Positions 37,674-46,992 of a stretch of 64,000 bases of DNA are shown here, piece after piece. Source of the DNA: an uncultured Bacteroidales bacterium (lineage in GTDB: Bacteria > Bacteroidota > Bacteroidia > Bacteroidales > VadinHA17); contig CAVVRY010000013.1 in the NCBI GenBank assembly GCA_963750735.1, positions 1,856-65,855 of the forward strand, given 5' to 3'. The position numbers and the translations under genes were made by a program. A model generated the notes under the pieces. That model was not told the origin of the DNA, did no database searches, and saw nothing but the letters and a program-made list of their open reading frames with translations. Every line of letters begins with the position of its first letter. Position 1 is the first letter of the stretch.

Positions 37674-38139
37674 TCTTGGCTCTCTATATATTCAGAAGGG
37701 AAACCTGAAACTTGGACTGATTATAGGCCTGGGTACTTTTTTTCTGGCAGCTGCAGGATCAATACCTATGGCTGCCTCATTATTTAAGGGTCAGGAACTG
37801 GAATTTTCCAGAATTTTGCCATGGATCCCCTGGATATTGATTTTTGTTCTCGCCAATGCAACCCTCGAGGAAACACTTTTTAGAGGTCTGTTTTTAAAGA
37901 AGCTTGAGCCGGTTTATGGCAAGTTTGTTTCCAATCTGTTAATTGCAATAATTTTCACGGGTCTACACTTATTTGCAAGTTACACGTCTGATCAATATTT
38001 ATTTATAGCTATTTTATTTCCATTGGCCTTACTTTGGGGATTTATTATACAGAAAACAAATAGTTTGTTTGCTTCCATTTTGTTTCATGCAGGTATGGAT
38101 ATCCCGATAATTCTGGGAGTATTCTCAAACCTGTCATAA
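37615..38139 (+). CDS. CPBP (CAAX) family intramembrane metalloprotease
   Basis: 174 aa. Motifs EETLFRG, FTGLHL and FHAGMD, which match the EExxxR, FxxxH and HxxxD pattern. Confidence 0.75.
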   Translation: MNVFVVLAVIIVFTKLSGDDLGSLYIQKGNLKLGLIIGLGTFFLAAAGSIPMAASLFKGQELEFSRILPWIPWILIFVLANATLEETLFRGLFLKKLEPVYGKFVSNLLIAIIFTGLHLFASYTSDQYLFIAILFPLALLWGFIIQKTNSLFASILFHAGMDIPIILGVFSNLS

Positions 38140-38209
38140 ATACTTATTAAATTAGAGAGCTAAAACTTATTCTATAAACTCGCTATAACTCATCTTAAAA
38201 ATTGCCGAA

Positions 38210-38884
38210 ATGAAGAATGCCGGAAAAGTTCATACAATTGTGCTGATTGCGATACTGTTGATTTGTAATCATTCATCATATTCGCAGGAAAATTCTGAAG
38301 AATTCTTAAGAATTGTCCGACATGGAAATATTGAGAGAGTGGATAGCTGCATAAAAGCAGGATTTGATGTGAATTTAATAGATAATGACAGGTATACGCC
38401 TCTCATGTTTGCAATATGGGGAAACCATTTTGAAATTGTCAAACTCCTTATTGAACAGGGTGCCGATATAAATATGCAAACAGAAAAAGGTGGCAATGCC
38501 ATGACTGTTGCCGGGGGAATGGGAAACCTGGAAATATGCACGTACCTCCTAGGTAAGGGCGGTGATATTGAGGCAGTTGATAATGAAGGGAAAACAGTGT
38601 TAATGAATGCTGTGTACAATATGAAAAATGAGGTAATACCTTATTTTATTCAGCAGGGTGCAAATGTAAATGCTAAAGAACACAATGGATACTCTGCCCT
38701 CATGTTTGCTACTATATTAAATACTCCTGAAAGTGTAAAATTATTGATTAAGGCTGGAGCAAATGTAAACGAACTTTCCAATGAAGGAGAAACAGCCCTG
38801 CAAAGGGCGAAAAAAATACAAGATGCCAAGTTAGGTGATATGAGCGATGTAATTAAACTCCTTGAAAAGTCTGGTGCAAATTAA
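38210..38884 (+). CDS. Secreted ankyrin-repeat protein
   Basis: 224 aa. Signal peptide followed by about five ANK repeats (..TPLMFA..GH.EIVKLLIEQGADIN..). Confidence 0.8.
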   Translation: MKNAGKVHTIVLIAILLICNHSSYSQENSEEFLRIVRHGNIERVDSCIKAGFDVNLIDNDRYTPLMFAIWGNHFEIVKLLIEQGADINMQTEKGGNAMTVAGGMGNLEICTYLLGKGGDIEAVDNEGKTVLMNAVYNMKNEVIPYFIQQGANVNAKEHNGYSALMFATILNTPESVKLLIKAGANVNELSNEGETALQRAKKIQDAKLGDMSDVIKLLEKSGAN

Positions 38885-39007
38885 ATAGCTATTTCCCGAA
38901 GTTCCCAAATTAAATTTTTGCTCAATTATAAGCTTATTTGGAATTATTCTAAGTTGTATTATATTTGCTCTACAATTATCTCTCTTATTTTAACTAAAAT
39001 ATTAATT

Positions 39008-39427
39008 ATGAAGGAATTAAAGATTAATCATCTTGCTGTACTTGTAGCGGTAGTTCTACAATTTGTACTTGGATTTTTATGGTACGGACCTCTTTTCGGT
39101 GAGGCCTGGATGGAAATGGTTGGACTGGATTCAGCAAGCGTTGAAGCCAACCCTGCGGATGCTGGTGTTTGGTTTACCAATGTTTTTACAGCTGTTCTCT
39201 CAATGTATGTATTGGCCTGGTTGTTTGTTCAGATGAATGTAAATTCACTTTTAAAGGGAGCTGGATATGGCTTTCTTATTGGCTTTGCTTTTGTATACAT
39301 GACGGTGAAGACATCAGGAATGTTTGCTCAGGAGCCTTATTGGCTGGCATGGATTACCGGAGGAAACACTACAGTTGGATTGACGCTTGGTGGAGCTGTT
39401 CTGGGTGCATGGACAAAAAAGAGATAA
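39008..39427 (+). CDS. DUF1761 family membrane protein
   Basis: The start at ATG 39008 gives MKELKINHLAVLVAVVLQFVLGFLWYGPLFG, typical of DUF1761. The longer track ORF (from 38918) adds an implausible leader. Confidence 0.6.
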   Translation: MKELKINHLAVLVAVVLQFVLGFLWYGPLFGEAWMEMVGLDSASVEANPADAGVWFTNVFTAVLSMYVLAWLFVQMNVNSLLKGAGYGFLIGFAFVYMTVKTSGMFAQEPYWLAWITGGNTTVGLTLGGAVLGAWTKKR

Positions 39428-39433
39428 TGATAA

Positions 39434-39850
39434 ATGGCCGAATTGAAAACACAACCTACTGATCAAAGGGTTGAAGATTTCCTGAATACCATTGATGATG
39501 AGCAGAAACGCAGTGATGCATTTGCTTTGCTTGAATTCATGAAGGAAATTACCGGGGAAGAGCCTGTTATGTGGGGCCCAGCCATAATTGGATTTGGTTC
39601 ATATCATTACAAATATGCAAGTGGCCGCGAAGCGGATTGGATGCTGACCGGGTTTTCTCCTCGCAAGAATAATTTAACCCTTTACATCATGCAGGGCTTT
39701 GATAATTATGAACACCATCTTACTCAATTGGGAAAACATAAAACAGGAAAATCCTGTCTCTATGTCAAAAGACTGGAAGACCTGGATCTGGATGTGCTAA
39801 GGAAACTTATTTCGGAATCAGTTGAGTATATGAGAAATAAAAAATGGTGA
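39434..39850 (+). CDS. DUF1801 (YdhG-like) domain protein
   Basis: 138 aa. V.DFL..I.D..KR.D...L...M and GFG.Y.YKY blocks as in DUF1801. Confidence 0.65.
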   Translation: MAELKTQPTDQRVEDFLNTIDDEQKRSDAFALLEFMKEITGEEPVMWGPAIIGFGSYHYKYASGREADWMLTGFSPRKNNLTLYIMQGFDNYEHHLTQLGKHKTGKSCLYVKRLEDLDLDVLRKLISESVEYMRNKKW

Positions 39851-39890
39851 TCAGAATTCTTTAAAATGATTAATTTTGTTAATATTTAAA

Positions 39891-39912
39891 GCCCGTTTTA
39901 CGGGCTTTTTTC
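39891..39912 (+). terminator. Rho-independent terminator
   Basis: GCCCG-TTTTA-CGGGC followed by TTTTTTC, about 40 nt after the stop at 39850. Confidence 0.7.
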
Positions 39913-40051
39913 TTTTAATAATTCTCATTCTTATGATATAATTAAAAAGCTTAGAAATTTAAATAACCAATAAATTGGATTAATTTTATTCCGGCATTTT
40001 TATTTTTATGTTGCTTTCCAAAGAGCTTTTTAATTGTTTATATAATAAGCT

Positions 40052-42837
40052 ATGTACAAACAAACCTTTCTTATTTTTTTTTCAATTGTACTTCTAATCG
40101 TACTTACAAAATGTAGTGGCACAAAACCTGCAGTTACCGGGGATCCATCCGGTAGAACTCCCAGTGCCGAACGAGAATTTCGTGCAGCATGGGTAGCGAC
40201 AGTAGCCAATATAAACTGGCCCAGCAAACCAGGTATTCCTGTCGAGGAGCAGAAAAAAGAGGCAGTTGTATTATTGGACCTCCTGGCTGATAATAATTAC
40301 AATGCAGTTATTTTCCAGGTGAGACCCCATTGTGATGCTTTATATAGTAGTGAACTGGAACCCTGGTCTTATTATTTAACAGGCGAACAGGGGAAAGCAC
40401 CAGAGCCATTTTATGATCCATTAGAATTCTGGATTGAAGAGGCACATAACCGGGGCCTTGAATTGCATGCCTGGTTGAATCCTTACCGTGCTCACCATGT
40501 TGCTGGTGGAGATGTTACGGATAAATCTATTGTAAAACTGAAGCCTGAACTGGTGGTGGAACTGGAAAGGGGCTATTGGTGGCTCGATCCAAGTAAAAAA
40601 GAAACCCAGGATCATTCCTACAATGTTGTTATGGACCTTGTGCAACGATATGATTTAGATGGAATCCATTTTGATGATTATTTTTACCCCTACCCCGATT
40701 ACAATAATTTCAAAGATTTTCCTGATGACGAAAGCTGGAAATCTTATCAGGATGAAGGCGGTAAACTTTCAAGAGGTGATTGGAGGAGGGAAAGTGTTAA
40801 TACTTTTATAGAACGACTTTATAAGGGGATAAAAGAAGAAAAACCTCATGTTAAATTCGGTTTGAGCCCGTTTGGATTCTGGCGACCCTATTATCCGCCT
40901 TCCATTACAGTTGGTTTCGACCAACACAATGAGCTCTATGCTGACGCAAAACTCTGGTTAAACAAAGGTTGGATTGATTACTATACACCACAACTTTACT
41001 GGCCTATTAACCGAATATCCTTGAGTTTTCCAGTTTTACTTGGCTGGTGGGAAGGAGAAAATAAGAAAGGAAGGCATTTATGGCCTGGAATGAGTGTGGG
41101 ACGGTTGCAAGGAGAACAGGGCATAGATGAAACACTTAACCAGATAATGATTACCAGAGGCATGCTGCCTGAAAGTCCAGGTGCTGTACATTGGAGTATA
41201 GGGCCTCTGGTCTCCTCCCCTTCTCTGGTCCAGGCTATTGCAGATGGACCCTATAAAAGGCAGGCACTTGTGCCTCCGTCTCCCTGGTTGGATAAAAAAG
41301 CTCCTGTAGCACCAAAGGTTGAGATTTCATGGGATAAAGACAGTGTAGATGTTTCCTGGGAGCATCTTGAAAAAAATGATGTTTCACGTTGGGTAGTCTA
41401 TTACAAACATGGAAACCGATGGGATCACCAGATCTTAGGAAGTGGATATACATCAGAAAAGGTTCCCGGATTCATTTTAAATGAGAGTTTTTTAAACCAG
41501 GCAGACATTGATAGTGTAAAAAATATTGAGGACATCCTTATTCCAATAAAAAAGGTTGCTGTTACTGCCGTTGACCGATTTGGAAACGAATCTGAACTAA
41601 CTGAGAAGGCTATTTCAGATGTTTCGTTTGAGTTTGCTCCACCATTGGAGGATATAATAAATGAATATGCTTTGAGTAAAAAGGAACCAGCTTTTAAAAC
41701 CCCGCTTGTAAAACCAGGGATTGATGTACTTGTAGAGGATCATCTTGATCTTATTCGGGGCAAGAAAGTAGGGTTGATCACAAACCCATCAGCTGTTGGA
41801 GCTGACCTCAGAAGTAGTATTGATATCCTTGCCAGTACTCCCGGAGTAAACCTTGTTGCCTTATTTGGAGCTGAGCATGGAGTCAGGGGAGCCAAACAGG
41901 GAAAAATCATACAGGAAGGTGAGTTGGACCCTGCAACAGGCATACCGGTGTATAGTATGTATGGTGACTCATATGCACCTAATAAGGAATGGCTGGAGGA
42001 TCTGGATGTCTTGATTTTTGACATTCAGGGTGTTGGTTCAGCCTGGTATACATTTAAATATTCCATGTCATTTGCCATGGAAGCCTGCTCTGAGGTGGGA
42101 ATACCTTTCATTGTTCTAGACAGGCCAAATCCTTTAGGAGGGCGTATTGTTGAAGGTCCGAATCTGGATCTGGGCCGGATTTTCCGACATACACTTCCTT
42201 TGCGACATGGGATGACCTACGGAGAGCTTGCTACCATGTGGAATGAGACAGAAAATTATGGAACCGACCTGACAGTGATAAAAATGAAAGGCTGGCAACG
42301 GTATATGACCTGGGATAAAACCGGCTTGTTCTGGATTATGCCCTCACCCAATATGGGTACCCTTGAAACTGCGATTGTGTATCCCGGGCAATGTCTTTTT
42401 GAAAGAATGAATATGTCGGAAGGAAGAGGAACAACCAAACCTTTTCTTATTAACCGGGGCACCCTGGGTAGATGCGGAAAAAGCGGCGACTGACTTAAAT
42501 AACAGGGGAATTGAAGGGGCTGTTTTCAGACCTGTTTATTTTATACCTAAGAACGCAAATCCTGGCTCTAATCCAAGGGGCAAACCCTGGAATAAAATGA
42601 GTGGTGGAGTTGAAATATATGTTGACCGATTATGATAGCTATAGATCGGTAGAAGGGGCACTTCATATTATAGATGCTTATCGAAAAACCAATCCTGATT
42701 CCCTTGTCTGGTCACCTCCTGCCCCATTGGAACAGTTGGAGGAACCTGAAATGACCGTTGAAAAGCTGGTTGAAAAATGTCAGGAGGACATTCAGGAGTT
42801 TATTGAAATTCGTAAGAAATACCTAATATATCGATGA
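40052..42837 (+). CDS. Lipoprotein fusion: GHL10 (DUF187, YngK-like) domain + DUF1343/NamZ-like exo-beta-N-acetylmuramidase domain; frame broken twice near the 3' end
   Basis: Lipobox LTKCS. N-terminal REFRAAWVATVANINWPS..FQVRP..DALY..PWS..LTG..HAWLNPY (GHL10). C-terminal KKVGLITNPSAVGADL..LFGAEHGVRG..DIQGVGSAWYTF (DUF1343). The continuation GAPWVDAEKAATDLNNRGIEGAVFRPVYF.. lies in a second frame (about 42457-42630). ..TDYDSYRSVEGALHIIDAY.. lies in a third frame (42601-42837). Confidence 0.75.
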
Positions 42838-44480
42838 AAACCAAACTCATTATTTCGTTTGTTCTTATTCTACTTTGCTTTATTTCGGGATGTAAAACTA
42901 CTGAAGTAATATCTCCTGCCCTGCCAGCAGAAATAATATCTCCAGTGGAGCCAACAGAGGTTACATCTCCTGAGCAGTCTTTAGAAGTTGAAATAAAACC
43001 TACCAGCGAATTGCGTGGTGTTCAGGTAAACCCTGATTTATGGCTAGATGGTGATTCAGAAAAAATGAAAGATAATATTGAAGCCATAGTAACCAAAGCT
43101 GCTGGTGAAAATTATAATCTTATTTTATTTATTGTAAGAGAAGATGCTGAGGTTTATTATTCATCGAACATTGAAAAATGGTCAAAGAAATTCACTTCGG
43201 TATCCGCTGGATTTGATCCACTTGAATTTGCCATCGAAACAGCGCACAATCAAGGATTAAAAATAATGGCAGGTATTGATCTTCTGGGTTTAGGTGATGG
43301 AGGAGCTGAGGTAGAGAAACTTAAAATAAATAGTGGTATTTTGCTAAATCCAGCTGATCCTGCTGGTAAATCATATCTAAAAAAAATAATCATTGAATTA
43401 ACAGAAAAATATGATATTGATGGTTTTAGTTTTGATCTTTCAGGGTATAAGCCGGATTCTATGTTATCAGATAGTTATTCTCTGCGAAGCTTTCATCAGG
43501 ACAGTCTGCAGAATTCCATTTCCATGGATGATTGGTCAAATGAGAGGCTAACCGACCTTGTTGAGGATATTGCTGTGGAAGTTATGTTGACTAAACCTTA
43601 CCTGATTCATTCCGCTTCATTAACAACTGAACAAAGTGAAAGTGCAATTAATTGGTTGGAAAATGGAATAGTAGATTTTATCCAGTTCAATTTAAATGCG
43701 GATGACAGTTCACCAATTGAATCGTTTAAGGATTTATGGGATGCAAAATTTGATGGTACGGAATTATCAGAAAAAGTTTTCCCCAATCTATTGGTGAGCA
43801 ATCAGAGTATTCAAGATTCCGGATTTAAAGAGTGGATTGAGATATTCCTAAGCAAAGGAGGAAGAGGTTTGGTGACTTCCGGTAATTATTTTCATGAGTT
43901 TACAGATGAACTTGATTTTCCTCAGGATATAAAAACTGTAACACCTGAGCAGGTATTTGAACTGAATACTTCCGCTTTTTTTGAAGATAACCCGGGTGGT
44001 CAACCAGTGATTTATAATAATAGAGTTCACAAAACCGATCAGGAAGGAAACATTGGTTTTATTGGACCATTGCAAGATTCAATATTACTTAATATTTTAG
44101 ATAAATCAATTGAACTCTACACAGGCGACTGGTCCATTCCATATAAATTCACGGTGAAAACGGATAATATTGTTGAACGAAGCTCACCATGGGTGGAATT
44201 CCGAAGAATGCCAGCTAAAAATACCGATATGCAGGATTATCATGTATTGTTTAAAACTGATTTTCCAGCAGAAGCCCAAATTAACGGAGAGTCAGTTAAA
44301 GTATATAAAACAGGGATTTTTTTCAGTAAAATCAGCCTGAAGGAGGGTGCGAACCGGATAAGAGCCAGTGTTGTGACGCCAGATTCAAAATCGGTATTTT
44401 ATGAACGTGAATTTATTTATGAAGAAGTTGACAAAACAAAAAAGGCTTTTCCTTTATGGATTGACCAAAAGATCTGTTGA
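42834..44480 (+). CDS. Lipoprotein with a divergent GHL10 (DUF187)-like domain; probably the N-terminal part of a fusion with the following amidase
   Basis: ATGA overlap with the upstream stop. Lipobox ISGCK. GHL10-like LRGVQV....YNLILFIVRED.EVYY.S......GFDPLEFAIETAHNQGLKIMA. The ORF ends inside an A-run (CCAAAAGATC) where the next ORF's frame takes over. Confidence 0.7.
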   Translation: MKTKLIISFVLILLCFISGCKTTEVISPALPAEIISPVEPTEVTSPEQSLEVEIKPTSELRGVQVNPDLWLDGDSEKMKDNIEAIVTKAAGENYNLILFIVREDAEVYYSSNIEKWSKKFTSVSAGFDPLEFAIETAHNQGLKIMAGIDLLGLGDGGAEVEKLKINSGILLNPADPAGKSYLKKIIIELTEKYDIDGFSFDLSGYKPDSMLSDSYSLRSFHQDSLQNSISMDDWSNERLTDLVEDIAVEVMLTKPYLIHSASLTTEQSESAINWLENGIVDFIQFNLNADDSSPIESFKDLWDAKFDGTELSEKVFPNLLVSNQSIQDSGFKEWIEIFLSKGGRGLVTSGNYFHEFTDELDFPQDIKTVTPEQVFELNTSAFFEDNPGGQPVIYNNRVHKTDQEGNIGFIGPLQDSILLNILDKSIELYTGDWSIPYKFTVKTDNIVERSSPWVEFRRMPAKNTDMQDYHVLFKTDFPAEAQINGESVKVYKTGIFFSKISLKEGANRIRASVVTPDSKSVFYEREFIYEEVDKTKKAFPLWIDQKIC

Positions 44481-45897
44481 ACCATCAGTTAATCTGGAAT
44501 TACTTCCTGAGGATAATGTTTTTGTTCAATTTAAAGGGTCGCTGTCTCAGAATGGTATAATTGAAATACTTCCAGGAAAACTCATTTTTGAGTGTGCACG
44601 AGAGGATTTTGCAGATTACAGTCTTTACCAGGCTGAACTGCCTTTGCGAATGCTTGAACCCAATAATGAATATAAAATTACCCTGAAATTAATAGCCTCT
44701 AACAGCAAAAATGAAAATTCTATTTTTGAATGGCCGCTGAATAGTTCAATTAGGGTATTTGAACGGGACCAATTCCCACTTCTTAAAGTTGTAAAAAAAG
44801 ATTCAAGATTAACTTACAATACCGGCCCTACACGACTGGGAGGTCCCATCCGGTCTGAATTGCAACCGGGAGTCATTCTTCAGGCAAGTGGTAAAATCGG
44901 TAATAATTACAGGATAAGACTCGATAAGGTTGAAGAGGGTATTATACATCAGAGTAGTGTTCAGGTATTGGCAGATGAGCAGATTCAAACACCCTATTTT
45001 ATTACGAATATGTCCTGTGGCCCTTCTAGGGGAGGTGATATTGTTAGTATACCCTATTTAGAATCAATACCTTATATGGTATACCCTGATCCTGATCAAA
45101 ACAGGCTTGTTGTTACTCTTTATGGTGCAAAAACCAGTAGTACCTGGATTACGCACCGGAAGGGGCGCAAAATTGTTGATAAACTCACCTGGAAGCAAAC
45201 AACTCCTGAAACCTATGAAGTATATGTAAAACTGAAGAGCTCAAAAATATGGGGCTATAGCATCAGGCAGGTTGGTAAAAGCCTTCGGCTGTTTATCAAG
45301 TACCCACCTGAATACAATGTTGATAATACCAAGCCTTTATCAGGTCTGAAAATCGCCATTGAAGCCGGACACGGAGGTGAAAGTACCGGAGCAATAGGCT
45401 TGTCAGGTTTGGTTGAGAAAGACATAAACCTCGATTTGGCTTTAAAATTAGGTGAGCTTTGTAAATCAATGGGTGCGGAGGTTTTTCAGGTACGGGATAC
45501 GGATAAAAGCATGTCCCTATTAGAAAAACGTAGCAATGCAATATCCTCTGGAGCCGATTTGCTGGTAAGTATTCATGCAAATGCAGCAGGTATAAGCCAG
45601 GGATATCTTCGCGTACCAGGTACAAGCACCTATTACAATAATCCATTTTGGGCACCGCTTGCAGAGAATATCTATGACCGCCTATTGGAACTAAAACTGG
45701 CTGAATTTGGTGTTATTGGTTCATTTAATTATACAGTAATACGTGTATCGCAGATGCCATCGATTCTGGTGGAGCAGGCTTTTTTGACCCATGCTGAAGA
45801 CGAAGAAAAAATGGCAGATCCAGAGTTTCGGGAGGATATGGCTCATAAAATTTATGAAGGGATAATTGACTATCTCAAATTCATGAAAATAAAATAA
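44401..45897 (+). CDS. N-acetylmuramoyl-L-alanine amidase (Amidase_3) C-terminal domain protein
   Basis: Amidase_3 block LKIAIEAGHGGESTGAIG..EKDINLDLALKL......DLLVSIHANA...FLTHAEDE. The first 23 codons of the track ORF overlap the previous ORF. The sequence reads through as ..PLWIDQ(K/R)SVEPSVNLE.. if one A is removed near 44466. Confidence 0.8.
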   Translation: MNVNLFMKKLTKQKRLFLYGLTKRSVEPSVNLELLPEDNVFVQFKGSLSQNGIIEILPGKLIFECAREDFADYSLYQAELPLRMLEPNNEYKITLKLIASNSKNENSIFEWPLNSSIRVFERDQFPLLKVVKKDSRLTYNTGPTRLGGPIRSELQPGVILQASGKIGNNYRIRLDKVEEGIIHQSSVQVLADEQIQTPYFITNMSCGPSRGGDIVSIPYLESIPYMVYPDPDQNRLVVTLYGAKTSSTWITHRKGRKIVDKLTWKQTTPETYEVYVKLKSSKIWGYSIRQVGKSLRLFIKYPPEYNVDNTKPLSGLKIAIEAGHGGESTGAIGLSGLVEKDINLDLALKLGELCKSMGAEVFQVRDTDKSMSLLEKRSNAISSGADLLVSIHANAAGISQGYLRVPGTSTYYNNPFWAPLAENIYDRLLELKLAEFGVIGSFNYTVIRVSQMPSILVEQAFLTHAEDEEKMADPEFREDMAHKIYEGIIDYLKFMKIK

Positions 45898-45947
45898 AGA
45901 TGTTTTATATACATGGATATTGTATTTTAGATTTTAACTGAAAAGGA

Positions 45948-46325
45948 ATGAGTACAACAAGTGAAAGAACAGAATTGGCCCAGGTAGTATTTAAGGCGAT
46001 GAATAGTCGAGACTTAAGCATTGCCGAGTCACTTTTACATGAGAATGTGGTTTTTGATTTCCCGGGAAACGGAATAATGGAGGGACCCAAAAGAGTCAGT
46101 CTTTTCATAAGAGTTTTGCTCAGGAAGTTTCCTGAACTCACATTTACAATTAAGAATGTAATCCTTGATGGAGATCAGGCCTGCACTGTCTGGACCAACA
46201 AAGGTAAGAACCTGGATGGCAGCCTTTATGAAAACAGTGGAATCACTCTTTTTCATTTTTCTGAAGGTAAAATTACTTTTATGAGCGATTATTTTAAAAA
46301 CACCTCATTTGTGAACCAATCTTAA
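45948..46325 (+). CDS. SnoaL-like / NTF2-fold protein
   Basis: 125 aa. Size and pattern (..HENVVFDFPG..; ..FHFSEGKI..) are typical of SnoaL-like polyketide-cyclase-fold proteins. Confidence 0.55.
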   Translation: MSTTSERTELAQVVFKAMNSRDLSIAESLLHENVVFDFPGNGIMEGPKRVSLFIRVLLRKFPELTFTIKNVILDGDQACTVWTNKGKNLDGSLYENSGITLFHFSEGKITFMSDYFKNTSFVNQS

Positions 46326-46329
46326 CCAT

Positions 46330-46992
46330 ATGAAAAAAGTCCTGGCATTCAACGGCAGTCCGCGAAGATTTGGTAATACATCTATATTATTACAGCACTT
46401 CAGAAGAGGCACTGAAATAAATACTACCTCCTTTAAAGAAGTGTTAATGAATGATTTGAAATTGGATTTTTGCAATGGGTGTTTGCGGTGTAACCTTATA
46501 GGCCGGTGTTCTATCTCAGGGGACGATTGGAATGATATCAGTAAGCAAATTCTTGAATCGGATGTACTTGTTTTTGCGTCGCCAGTATATTTTCATCATC
46601 TCGCAGGGCCCATGAAAGTCCTTATCGATCGGTTTAGGTCTTTTGTAAAGGTTCAGATAACAGAATCAGGTTTGAACCATATTCCATGGCAATCATGGAA
46701 TAAAGAGTTTGTTTTGCTGTTAAGTATGGGATCTTCTGATGATTCGGATGCCAGCTCAATTATTGAACTTTTCTATTATATGACCTCTATATTAGGACCA
46801 GAAAATAAGCTTAGTATAGTTACGGCCACAAGACTTGCAGTTATCCGGCAGGTAGAGAAAACAGAAGAAGAACTTACAGTTCTTTACCCCAAATTAGGCT
46901 TGTCTCATAAGCTGGCGAAATCAGATGCTGAGAAAAACAAGAAGGTTTTGAATGATTGCTATACCCTGGGTTTAGAAAAAACCCGTATTTAA
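46330..46992 (+). CDS. Flavodoxin-fold NAD(P)H-dependent FMN reductase / iron-sulfur flavoprotein (ISF)-like
   Basis: 220 aa. N-terminal KVLAFNGSPRRFGNT. Compact Cys motif C-x2-C-x2-C-x5-C (CNGCLRCNLIGRC). The PVYFHHLAGPMK block. Confidence 0.75.
   Translation: MKKVLAFNGSPRRFGNTSILLQHFRRGTEINTTSFKEVLMNDLKLDFCNGCLRCNLIGRCSISGDDWNDISKQILESDVLVFASPVYFHHLAGPMKVLIDRFRSFVKVQITESGLNHIPWQSWNKEFVLLLSMGSSDDSDASSIIELFYYMTSILGPENKLSIVTATRLAVIRQVEKTEEELTVLYPKLGLSHKLAKSDAEKNKKVLNDCYTLGLEKTRI

Noticed and set aside
38918-39007. Upstream extension of the DUF1761 ORF
   Set aside because: The family-typical N-terminus starts at ATG 39008. The extension is an AT-rich leader with an implausible sequence.
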